A DNA stretch of 64,000 nt from Thermoplasmata archaeon (GTDB lineage: Archaea; Thermoplasmatota; Thermoplasmata; Lutacidiplasmatales; UBA184): assembly GCA_049300255.1 (NCBI GenBank), contig JBAQJJ010000040.1, forward strand, positions 74,978 through 138,977. Direction: 5' to 3'. Each line of letters begins with the position of its first letter. Position 1 is the first letter of the stretch. Below, piece after piece: positions 37,053-45,434 of the stretch. Position numbers and translations under genes: made by a program. Under the pieces are notes generated by a model, which was given only the letters and a program-made list of their open reading frames with translations, did no database searches and was not told where the DNA came from.

Positions 37053-38330
37053 GTGCGCGTCTACGTTGAATCCTACGGCTGCGCCCAAAACCAAGGAGAG
37101 GGTCGCGGCCTCACTCGTGACCTCGCCGCCGCGGGGCATTCGATCGCCGAGGACCCGTCCCATGCGGATGTCGGGGTGCTTGTGACGTGCGGGGTCATCG
37201 GACCCACCGAAATGCGAATGGTCCGTCGGTGGGAGGAACTCAGCCGGCGGGTCCCCCGCATGGTGGTTACAGGGTGTCTGGTACCCCTACGAACCGATCT
37301 ACTCCAAGGGCCCGGCCTCGACCGAACGACGTTTCTGCCGATCCGGGAGCAATCCCGCCTTTCGAGCATGCTCGCGGAATGGGCGTCCGACGATGCTGAG
37401 CCGGTTCGACCCACGCTCGACCCGACCCTGCCGATTCCCCCTGCCCTCTCCGTGGCCGAGGAGGTCGTCATCGCTCAGGGGTGTACGAGCCACTGCTCCT
37501 ACTGTTACAGCCGATTAGCGCGTGGGCGGCTCACGAGCGTGCCCATGGGGGAACTCTTGGAACGCGTGCGCGACGCGTTGGCGCGCGGTGCGAAAGAGAT
37601 CCGGTTGACCTCGCTCGATACTTCCTGTTGGGGAGAAGACCTCGCGGGCGAAGCACGACTTCCGGACCTCGTCACGGCCGTGGCGCAATTGAGCGGCGAT
37701 TTTCAGTTTCGGATTGGAATGATGAGCCCTCAAAGCCTGCGACGGATCGGCGACCGCCTGCTCGACGCGTTAGTAGGCGAGAAGGCCTTCCATTTCCTGC
37801 ACATCCCAATCCAGAGCGGGTCAGACCGGATCCTGCAGGAGATGCGACGGGGATACACCATCCGAGAGTTTCGGCAGTGGGTCGACCGCGCTCGCAGTCG
37901 ATTCCCAGATCTGATGCTTGCCACGGACGTCATTGTCGGCTTCCCGGGAGAAACCGAGGACGACTTCCGCGCGACGACGGAACTGATCGAGGAAGTGGAA
38001 CCGGAGATCGTCAACGTGACGCGTTTCTCCGCTCGGCCTTTGACTCCCGCCGCCCGCCTGCCCCGCCTTCCACCCCGCGTCGCGAAGCGACGGTCCCGCG
38101 AACTGACCGCCCTCCGCATGCGGGTGGCGCGACGTCGGTTCGAGCGATGGATCGGCTGGCACGGGTCCGCCCGCGTCGTGGAGTGGGGAGCGGAAGGCAG
38201 CTCCGTCGGACGCCTCCCGAACTATATTCCGGTAGTTCTCGAGGGCCGATATGCCTTGGGCACTGTCGTTCCGATTCGGATCGAAGGGGCACGCTCGACG
38301 TACCTGCTAGGCGCAGCCGTCGGTTCGTGA
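37053..38330 (+). CDS. MiaB-like tRNA methylthiotransferase (archaeal e-MtaB / CDKAL1-like, radical SAM).
   Basis: MTTase N-terminal 'VYVESYGCAQNQGEG'. Radical-SAM 'GCTSHCSYCYSRLARG'. C-terminal TRAM-like region. Confidence 0.7.
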   Translation: MRVYVESYGCAQNQGEGRGLTRDLAAAGHSIAEDPSHADVGVLVTCGVIGPTEMRMVRRWEELSRRVPRMVVTGCLVPLRTDLLQGPGLDRTTFLPIREQSRLSSMLAEWASDDAEPVRPTLDPTLPIPPALSVAEEVVIAQGCTSHCSYCYSRLARGRLTSVPMGELLERVRDALARGAKEIRLTSLDTSCWGEDLAGEARLPDLVTAVAQLSGDFQFRIGMMSPQSLRRIGDRLLDALVGEKAFHFLHIPIQSGSDRILQEMRRGYTIREFRQWVDRARSRFPDLMLATDVIVGFPGETEDDFRATTELIEEVEPEIVNVTRFSARPLTPAARLPRLPPRVAKRRSRELTALRMRVARRRFERWIGWHGSARVVEWGAEGSSVGRLPNYIPVVLEGRYALGTVVPIRIEGARSTYLLGAAVGS

Positions 38331-38529
38331 ACAAATCCCACCCCACCTACCCGGAGACGACGCACTCCGCGGGCTAGGGTTGCGGGGTCTCGAGACCTGT
38401 CGAACGACGCGGCCCCAAGAGGCCCCCGCGCCCTAAGGGGGTGCCGGCCCCAGCGGGGCGAATAAATACTCCCCCTCGCCCTAGTATGGACGACCCGGGG
38501 CTCCAACGAGCCGCGGAAATGAGCTGCTC

Positions 38530-39510
38530 GTGGCCGACTTGAACACGCTGATCGTCCCACTACTGATCATCGTCATCCTTGTCGCGGTGGCGCTGGGAGT
38601 GATGTTGTACGCCATCCGCCGCTTGAAGGCGCGGCGCGCCCATCTGCTCTCGCAGCTCCAAGACTCCCCCGACCTGGTCGAGGACCGGGCGTATAACCGA
38701 CTCCGTATGGCGAAGTCGGAAGTCGATATCCTGGAGCGACAGGGGACTGACGTCACTCGTGCACAGGCGCTCCTGCAATCCGCCCAGGAGGCGTTCGACC
38801 AGCACAATTATCCCAGTGCGCTATCGAGGGCGCAGTCGGCTCACGAGACCATGATCGCGTTACGCCAAGGTGCGGGATCGGGTGGATCCCGTTTACCGGA
38901 CCGATCTAGCTCCAGCCTGCGGCTGGATGATCCGGGGCTTTGGTCCGGCGCATCCTCTCTCCGACCCGCGGTCGATCTGACCCAATCCTCACCTGCGGCA
39001 GGCAGATTTGACGACTCCGGAGCGAGCCTGGGATTGCAGAACGCACCTCCCAGGAATCGCGCCGAATCGCGCTTTCAGATCTCGGTTCTGACGGATGAGA
39101 TCGCGCAGGCCCGCCAGACCCGCCCGAAGGATTCCGCGGTCGCCGAATCCGATGCGATCCGCGTCCAGGCCTCCGCGGCTTACGACCGAGCGGAGTACAC
39201 CGAGGCGCTCCGATTAGCTCTGAAAGCCCGGCGACGCATCGGCGGCCACCTCGAGACACTTCCTCCGCCCACCCCCACGGGACGCAGGGTCGCGGATGCG
39301 CTGGGCAGCGCGTCCAGCTCCGCGATGGATGTGGCGGTGCGGACGGCGGAATCAGTCCGATGCCCCCAGTGTGGCGCCCCGATGACCTCGGCAGACAAGT
39401 TCTGCCGAGGATGCGGCGCTCCGCGCTCAGAAGGGAACTGCCCTCGATGCCATCAGATCGCGCAGCCCGGCGACACCTTCTGCGGGAACTGCGGATCCGC
39501 GCTTCCGTAG
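38530..39510 (+). CDS. Membrane-anchored protein with a C-terminal double zinc ribbon.
   Basis: GTG start. N-terminal TM 'LIVPLLIIVILVAVALGVMLYAI'. C-terminal 'RCPQCGAPMTSADKFCRGCGAP...CPRCHQIAQPGDTFCGNCGS' gives two CxxC...CxxC ribbons. Confidence 0.4.
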   Translation: MADLNTLIVPLLIIVILVAVALGVMLYAIRRLKARRAHLLSQLQDSPDLVEDRAYNRLRMAKSEVDILERQGTDVTRAQALLQSAQEAFDQHNYPSALSRAQSAHETMIALRQGAGSGGSRLPDRSSSSLRLDDPGLWSGASSLRPAVDLTQSSPAAGRFDDSGASLGLQNAPPRNRAESRFQISVLTDEIAQARQTRPKDSAVAESDAIRVQASAAYDRAEYTEALRLALKARRRIGGHLETLPPPTPTGRRVADALGSASSSAMDVAVRTAESVRCPQCGAPMTSADKFCRGCGAPRSEGNCPRCHQIAQPGDTFCGNCGSALP

Positions 39511-39537
39511 GCGAGCCCGGCGGCCGGCTCGGGATAC

Positions 39538-40869
39538 TTAGGAAACGTACTGATCCAGCCGCCGTTGGGTGCGCGCTTCGTGGAGCAGGGCACTCTGCCG
39601 GAGCCACCGCTCGGCCGGTATCGCGAAGGCGGTGGCAATGCGTTGGGATAGATCTTGAAGGGTCGCCAGCCGTTCGGGGCGTTGCAGCAGCGCGGCCCGA
39701 ACGTGTTCCCGAACGTTCCAGACGCCGAGCGGTAGAATCTCCCCGGGATGGACCTCTCGGAGCACGAGTGTTCCCGCTTGGCGGCCACTCCGCAGCAACA
39801 TCTCCGAGGTGGCAAGACGGGCTGCGTAGTAACACCCTCCGATCGATGCGTAGGTGGTCCTTCCGTGGAATCCCTCGTGATCCCCGGCTATCACGATATT
39901 TTCCGAACTCGGATTCCACAGAGTGTTCGGATACCACGCCTCGATGGATTCGTAGCGATACGAACCCGGGAGGAAGACCAGGAGCCATCGATTGTCGAGT
40001 GCCGTATAGGAATAGACCAAGATCTCCGATAGTTCGGGCAAGTACCGAATCCGCTCCAGATTCGCCTTACTCAGAAGATCGTCGACCGCGGTGATGCTCC
40101 ATCGAGTCGGAACAAGCCGGCGTCGACCTCGACGACCCAAGGTTCCCGCACTGAACGCGCGCTGGATCCGGCTCACTCGGACACCCCGACCGTAGAGTTC
40201 GCCGACTGCGATACGAGCGTTCGCGTCCGTGTCGGAGGTGAGGCGCTCGAGATGCTGGTCCACGTGACGGACATCCAAGCGAACGCGCTCGATCGGGGCC
40301 GAAGGACCGTACGGGGGTAGAGTGTCGGAAAGTCCGATGTTGCCCCGAGGGGGCCGAGTGAAGCGCGCCTCGATTTCCACCGATTCTCGTGCAATGGCCA
40401 ATATCTGAAGATCGGAAAGCAACGGGATCGGTTTCTCGGCGTCCGTAACGCGGATGGGGTGGGTGCCCCGCACCAGTCCGGTCCGGAAGCCTACGACCTC
40501 CTGGACCGTTCGGCCAACCCAATCTTCCGGCGTGTCAAACAGGAGCGTGTCCCCGTGCAGGGGCGATACGAGCGGGCCGATGGAAACCTTCGGATAACCG
40601 AACCGCCCAACGAAGACCCCGGGAGGAGCGGTCCCTTCTAAGTCCACCCCTTCCAGCAGCGGCATCGTACGCGCAAAGGCCTGGTACTTTACGAGAATCG
40701 GGCAGACGGGCTTCCCGCAGAGCAACTGCGCCGATCGGCAGCGCAGACACATCGTAGGGTCCTCTCGAAGCCCGGGGATGCTCCAGGAGAGCGACTGAAT
40801 CGGATCGAGGCCAGGGATTGGAGGAGTTCCGCCGGTAACGGCCATACATCTTCCATACTTGGGAGCCAA
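39538..40869 (-). CDS. Nre-family archaeal DNA-repair-associated protein (COG1602-like).
   Basis: N-terminal 'MCLRCRSAQLLCGKPVCPIL' four-Cys finger, then an approximately 420-aa conserved body. Size and finger resemble NreA/NreB. Called from memory of the family, not a search. Confidence 0.4.
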   Translation of the reverse strand: MAPKYGRCMAVTGGTPPIPGLDPIQSLSWSIPGLREDPTMCLRCRSAQLLCGKPVCPILVKYQAFARTMPLLEGVDLEGTAPPGVFVGRFGYPKVSIGPLVSPLHGDTLLFDTPEDWVGRTVQEVVGFRTGLVRGTHPIRVTDAEKPIPLLSDLQILAIARESVEIEARFTRPPRGNIGLSDTLPPYGPSAPIERVRLDVRHVDQHLERLTSDTDANARIAVGELYGRGVRVSRIQRAFSAGTLGRRGRRRLVPTRWSITAVDDLLSKANLERIRYLPELSEILVYSYTALDNRWLLVFLPGSYRYESIEAWYPNTLWNPSSENIVIAGDHEGFHGRTTYASIGGCYYAARLATSEMLLRSGRQAGTLVLREVHPGEILPLGVWNVREHVRAALLQRPERLATLQDLSQRIATAFAIPAERWLRQSALLHEARTQRRLDQYVS

Positions 40870-40989
40870 TACTTACTGTCCCGGGAAGGGGATGAAACAC
40901 CCCGTCTCCCCTCTCGCGCACGCGTTTCGTTCGGCTGGCTTTACGTTTGTGCCGATGGGCGAATCTACCCCCAACCTGAGGTTCGTAGA

Positions 40990-42268
40990 CCTCCCGTTGT
41001 CGAAGACCCCTCAACTTGATGTGTGAAAGACGCCAACGAAGTCGACAACGACTTGTAAACACCGAGTATGACGCGGGGGGCAACCGATGCGGACAGTGCT
41101 GGTTCGGCTGGAGGTGGGAGTCGAGGACCGGCCTGCCCTCCTTCGCACAATTGAGGCGATGAACCGTGCCTCCGCCGCTATAAGCGAGGTCGCGTTCCGC
41201 GAAAGGGCCCGGCGCCGCACCCACCTCCACCATCTGACCTACCGCATGGTCCGTGAGAGATTCGGCCTCTCCGCCCAAATGGCGGTCCGGGCAATTGGCA
41301 AGGTCGGGGGCGCGTACGTGCGAGATTCTTCGCGCAGACCGACCTTCCGTCTTCGAGGCGCAGTTCCCTACGATCCCCGCATCCTGTCGTGGAAGGGAAA
41401 ACGTCGGCAGCGGGTTTCGCTGCTGACCCTCGACGGGAGACAGGAATTCCGCGTCCGCTGGTCCGAATACGGGCGGCACGCCGTGGCCCATCATCGCCTA
41501 CGAGGGGAGGCCGACCTGATCTACCGCGACAGCGCCTTCTATCTTGCGCTCGTCGTGAAAACGAAGGACCGGAAGCCCTACACTCCCAAGGGCGTACTAG
41601 GAGTTGATGTCGGCGTCGTGAACATCGCCACGGACTCAGACGGCGCGAACTACAAAGCTGATGGGATCGATCAGTTTCGCCTCCGTATGGACCGGCTACG
41701 CGGGCGACTCCAACGCGCCGGCACGAAGAGCGCGAAGCGGCACCTGAAGGCGCTCGGCCATCGAGAAGCCGGCTCCCGTCGGCAGATTAACCACTACGTC
41801 TCCAAGCAGATCGTCGCGCGGGCCGAAGGCACGGCGCGCGCGGTTGCCCTCGAAGACCTCGGGGGCATCCGCGAGCGGACCACGGTTCGGCGCTCCCAGC
41901 GGCGGCGACACTACTCTTGGAGCTTTCGCCAGTTGCGCGTCTTTGTGGAGTACAAGGCCGCGGCGAAGGGCGTCCCGGTTTTCATCGTGGATCCGCGGAA
42001 TACGTCGCTCACCTGCCCCTCATGCGGGGCCGTGGACAAGAAGAACCGACCGACGAGGGACGAATTCCGATGCGTGTCGTGCGGCCTCGCTGGGCCGGCC
42101 GACCGCATCGCCGCGATCAACATCGCGGCGAGGGCCGGAGTCGACCGGCCCATCGTGGCGGGAAGTGAAGAGGCGTGGGTTACACGTTTCCGACCTCAGC
42201 CACAAGCCACCGATTTAAGTCGGTGGTAGTTGACATATCGCGGAACGATGGTGACCTTGTTTTGACAT
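40990..42268 (+). mobile_element. IS200/IS605-family element carrying only tnpB (IS1341-like). Boundaries are approximate.
   Basis: TnpB ORF 41087–42229. There is a 9-bp inverted repeat CGTTGTCGA/TCGACAACG at about 40995–41053 upstream, a possible subterminal hairpin. tRNA-Pro begins at 42269. Confidence 0.35.
41087..42229 (+). CDS. tnpB: TnpB (OrfB) RNA-guided-endonuclease-family protein with intact RuvC-like D-E-D residues and zinc finger.
   Basis: RuvC-I 'GVDVGVVNIATDSDG'. RuvC-II 'AVALEDLGGIRE'. Zinc finger 'CPSCG...CVSCG'. RuvC-III 'ADRIAAINIAARAG'. 380 aa. Confidence 0.75.
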   Translation: MRTVLVRLEVGVEDRPALLRTIEAMNRASAAISEVAFRERARRRTHLHHLTYRMVRERFGLSAQMAVRAIGKVGGAYVRDSSRRPTFRLRGAVPYDPRILSWKGKRRQRVSLLTLDGRQEFRVRWSEYGRHAVAHHRLRGEADLIYRDSAFYLALVVKTKDRKPYTPKGVLGVDVGVVNIATDSDGANYKADGIDQFRLRMDRLRGRLQRAGTKSAKRHLKALGHREAGSRRQINHYVSKQIVARAEGTARAVALEDLGGIRERTTVRRSQRRRHYSWSFRQLRVFVEYKAAAKGVPVFIVDPRNTSLTCPSCGAVDKKNRPTRDEFRCVSCGLAGPADRIAAINIAARAGVDRPIVAGSEEAWVTRFRPQPQATDLSRW

Positions 42269-42343
42269 GGGACTGTGGGGTAGCTTGGTCCATCCTTCGG
42301 GGTTCGGGACTCCGAAACGCCAGTTCAAATCTGGCCAGTCCCA
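42269..42343 (+). tRNA. tRNA-Pro (anticodon CGG).
   Basis: Hand-folded. Acceptor GGGACTG/CAGTCCC (7 bp, perfect). T-arm GCCAG-TTCAAAT-CTGGC. Anticodon arm CGGGG-TTCGGGA-CTCCG with U33 and G37. Discriminator A, no encoded CCA. The D-arm region carries an extra nucleotide or irregular pairing (GGGT...ATCC/TCCT). Confidence 0.55.
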
Positions 42344-42437
42344 TCGCCCGACAACGCCTGCTGCGGCCTCGTCCCGGGACCGGGTGGCGGCCGCCCTCTC
42401 CGAGGCGCGTGTGTGACGCCACCCGAGAAGGCGTTCT

Positions 42438-43808
42438 TCAGACGGATTCCTCGATCTCCCCCGCGTGCGGAGTGCCTGCAAGTTGGTCGGCCATCTCCGC
42501 TACGACAGCAATGTACTGGTCGACGTCTCCGTCAGTGTGAGCGACCGATACCGTCCACTGCTCATCCGGTCCGTTGCCCGAAGGGATTAATCCTCGATTA
42601 AGGCAGAGGAACTGAAACAGGAGCGACCGGTCGGGATCGACCTCGAGGAAGCTTCGCCAATTCCGCACCGGCTGGTCGGCAAACAGGATGGCGCCTGACG
42701 GACCATCCGACGGCAGGAACCCCCGCACGTGTCGATCGTGAAAGATCTCCGCAAGTCCCTTCGCCAAGTGCTGGCTCAAGCGCGCGGACCGCTCCAGACC
42801 TTCTTCTGTCAGTACGTGTTCAAGGGTCGCCCGGCAAGCCGCAATCGAGATTGGATTTGCGTTGAACGTCCCGGCATGGGCGATCCGCTTGGGTCCCACG
42901 TTGTCGAGCAGCCCCTTCCGAGCTGCAATGGCGGAGAGCGGCGCGCCACAGGCGATCGACTTGCCCAGGAGTATGATGTCGGGGGCCACGCCAAATCGGC
43001 CCGCGGCTCCGTGCAGGTACTTGCCACCTGTCTTGATCTCATCGAAGATCAAGAGCGCCCCAACTTCCTGACAGAGCTCTCGTAGGCCCTCGAGAAATCC
43101 CGCCTCAGGGAGGACCAGCCCCATGTTCATGGCGATCGGCTCGAGGATTACCGCAGCGACATCGCCTCGATGCTCGTCCACGATCTTGCGCGTAGATTCC
43201 AAATCGTTGTACGGGGCCACCCGAGTCCGGTCGGCGACCTCCTTCAGAATCCCGGGTCCAGCGGGGACGGAGTTGGGACGCTGCGCGGGTCCGCTCGCAT
43301 CGGCGCGGGGCTTGACGCCGACCAGGAGAGTATCGTGCGACCCATGGTACCCCCCCTCGAATTTCACGACATATCGATGGCCTGTCACCGCGCGCGCAAA
43401 TCGGATCGCGTGGTGAGTCGCCTCGAGCCCGGTCGAACTGAATCGAAGCTGCCCCATCCCGAACCGCCGGCACAGCTTCTCCGCGACTTCGGGAGTGCCT
43501 TCCCACTCGTAGCCATAGACGTAGCCCCGCGCGAGCTGTTCTTGCAGCGCGCGCACGATCTTCGGATGGGCATGACCGCTGGCCAGCGCCCCGTAGGCCA
43601 TGTTGAAATCGAGATACGAATTCCCATCCGTATCCCAGAGATGGACCCCCTCCCCTCGTTGCGCGTAGAAGGGGTACGGTTCGAGAAATCGGTAATTGCT
43701 GTGTACTCCCAGAGGGGACCAGCTCCGCGCCCGTTCCCACAATCGCGCTGAGCCGGGGGTCCGACGCGCATATTCCTGTTGGGCGGCCAACAGCTTTGGA
43801 TCGGCCAT
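42438..43808 (-). CDS. Class-III PLP aminotransferase (glutamate-1-semialdehyde aminomutase-like / ω-transaminase).
   Basis: 'VHLWDTDGNSYLDFNMAYGALASGHAHP'. 'FEGGYHGSHD'. 'LIFDEIKTGGKYL'. 'PDIILLGKSIACGAPL' is the PLP-lysine region (EVKTG-like). Start at internal Met 43808. Confidence 0.65.
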   Translation of the reverse strand: MADPKLLAAQQEYARRTPGSARLWERARSWSPLGVHSNYRFLEPYPFYAQRGEGVHLWDTDGNSYLDFNMAYGALASGHAHPKIVRALQEQLARGYVYGYEWEGTPEVAEKLCRRFGMGQLRFSSTGLEATHHAIRFARAVTGHRYVVKFEGGYHGSHDTLLVGVKPRADASGPAQRPNSVPAGPGILKEVADRTRVAPYNDLESTRKIVDEHRGDVAAVILEPIAMNMGLVLPEAGFLEGLRELCQEVGALLIFDEIKTGGKYLHGAAGRFGVAPDIILLGKSIACGAPLSAIAARKGLLDNVGPKRIAHAGTFNANPISIAACRATLEHVLTEEGLERSARLSQHLAKGLAEIFHDRHVRGFLPSDGPSGAILFADQPVRNWRSFLEVDPDRSLLFQFLCLNRGLIPSGNGPDEQWTVSVAHTDGDVDQYIAVVAEMADQLAGTPHAGEIEESV

Positions 43809-43979
43809 GACCTGAACCTGGAGTCGACCTCGCTGCTCGACCGAACCGAGATGGCCGAGCCTGGCGACCCCGCCACCCGGCAACCGCTACATTAACCCTC
43901 GGGAAAAAAAGGCGACCCCGCCGACTTCGGCGTCGGCGACATCCTATATCTTCGAGCGCCTCGGACCGGACGGTTCTCG

Positions 43980-45434
43980 ATGGCTTCGGAATTGCCGGTT
44001 CTTCCTAACTTTGTCGATGGCCAATGGGTGAGCGCAGCGAATTGCGACCTCCTCGACGTTCCCGACCCCTCCTCGGGAGAGATTCTCGCGCGCGTGCCGC
44101 TATCGGGCTCCGAGGAGGTGGACCGGGCGGTGGCGGCCGCACGACACGCGTTCCCCTCGTGGCGAAATACGCCGGCTGCGGAGCGGGCACGACTCCTTGC
44201 CCGTGTCCGGGAATTGCTCGACCAACGCGCCGAAGATCTCGCCGCGAGCATTACCCTCGAAAACGGCAAGATATTGGAGGAAGCACGTGGCAGCGTACGG
44301 CGCGGGATCGAGGCGGTCGAGTTCGCGATCTCGGCTCCGACGCTTCTGCAAGGATCGCTTCTGCAGAACGTGTCCCCAGGAGTAGACGCAGAACTGTACC
44401 GGGAACCCGTCGGCGTCGCCGCGGGTATCACTCCGTTCAATTTTCCGGTCATGGTCCCTCTCTGGATGGCCCCGATCGCGATTGCGTGCGGGAACTGTTT
44501 CATCCTCAAACCTTCGGAGCGGGTTCCGATCTCCGCAGGCCTGTTGGGTCGATGCTTCTCGCAGGCCGGCCTGCCACCGGGGGTCTTCAACCTGATTCAT
44601 GGTGGCCGTGCGACGGTCGAAACCTTGCTCCACCATCCGCAGATCGACGCCATTGCCTTCGTCGGCTCGGCCCCCGTCGCGAGATCGGTCTACACGATCG
44701 CGGCGGCGGAAGGGAAGCGGGTGCTCGCCCTCGCCGGCGCGAAGAACTACTTGATCGTCCTACCGGATGCGGACCTCGCGCGGACCGTCGACGCGATCAT
44801 GTCAAGTGCGTTCGGCTCCGCCGGCGAACGGTGCCTGGCGGGGAGCGTGGTCGTAGCGGTCTCGTCGGTAGGGGAGCCGCTGGTCGAGGCGCTCACCGAG
44901 CGCATTCGGTCGCTCAAGTTGGGCAGCGGGCTTCGTTCCGACGTCGAGATGGGGCCGGTCATTCGCACCGACCATCGCGCCCGCGTTGAATCCTATATCG
45001 AAAAGGGGCAGGCCGAAGGCGCCCGGCTCGCCGCCCGTGGGACTTCTCCGAAGCCCGAGCAAAGCGGATTCTACGTCGCGCCAGCCCTATTCGACCATGT
45101 ACGGCCCGAAATGACGATCGCGCAAGAGGAGATCTTCGGACCCGTTCTGTCGGTGATCCGAGTCGCCTCGCTGGACGAGGCGATCGACGTGGCGAACCGT
45201 TCACGGTTTGGCAACGCCTCGGCCATCTTCACCCGCGATGGGGGGAGCGCCCGCGAATTTCGACAGCGCATCGAGGCAGGCATGGTGGGGATCAACATCG
45301 GCGTGCCAGCCCCCGCCGCCTACTTCCCGTTCGTGGGTTGGAAAGGCTCCGTCTACGGGGACTTGGCTGCGACCGGGCGCGATGCAATCTCCTTCTACAC
45401 GCGTCCGAAGACCGTGACGACGCGCTGGTTCTAG
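43980..45434 (+). CDS. Aldehyde dehydrogenase of the methylmalonate/malonate-semialdehyde dehydrogenase (MmsA-like) family.
   Basis: 'ITPFNFPVMVPLWMAPIAIACGNCFILKPSERVP' closely follows the MMSDH signature. 'GSAGERCLAGSVVV' is the catalytic Cys. 484 aa. Confidence 0.65.
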   Translation: MASELPVLPNFVDGQWVSAANCDLLDVPDPSSGEILARVPLSGSEEVDRAVAAARHAFPSWRNTPAAERARLLARVRELLDQRAEDLAASITLENGKILEEARGSVRRGIEAVEFAISAPTLLQGSLLQNVSPGVDAELYREPVGVAAGITPFNFPVMVPLWMAPIAIACGNCFILKPSERVPISAGLLGRCFSQAGLPPGVFNLIHGGRATVETLLHHPQIDAIAFVGSAPVARSVYTIAAAEGKRVLALAGAKNYLIVLPDADLARTVDAIMSSAFGSAGERCLAGSVVVAVSSVGEPLVEALTERIRSLKLGSGLRSDVEMGPVIRTDHRARVESYIEKGQAEGARLAARGTSPKPEQSGFYVAPALFDHVRPEMTIAQEEIFGPVLSVIRVASLDEAIDVANRSRFGNASAIFTRDGGSAREFRQRIEAGMVGINIGVPAPAAYFPFVGWKGSVYGDLAATGRDAISFYTRPKTVTTRWF

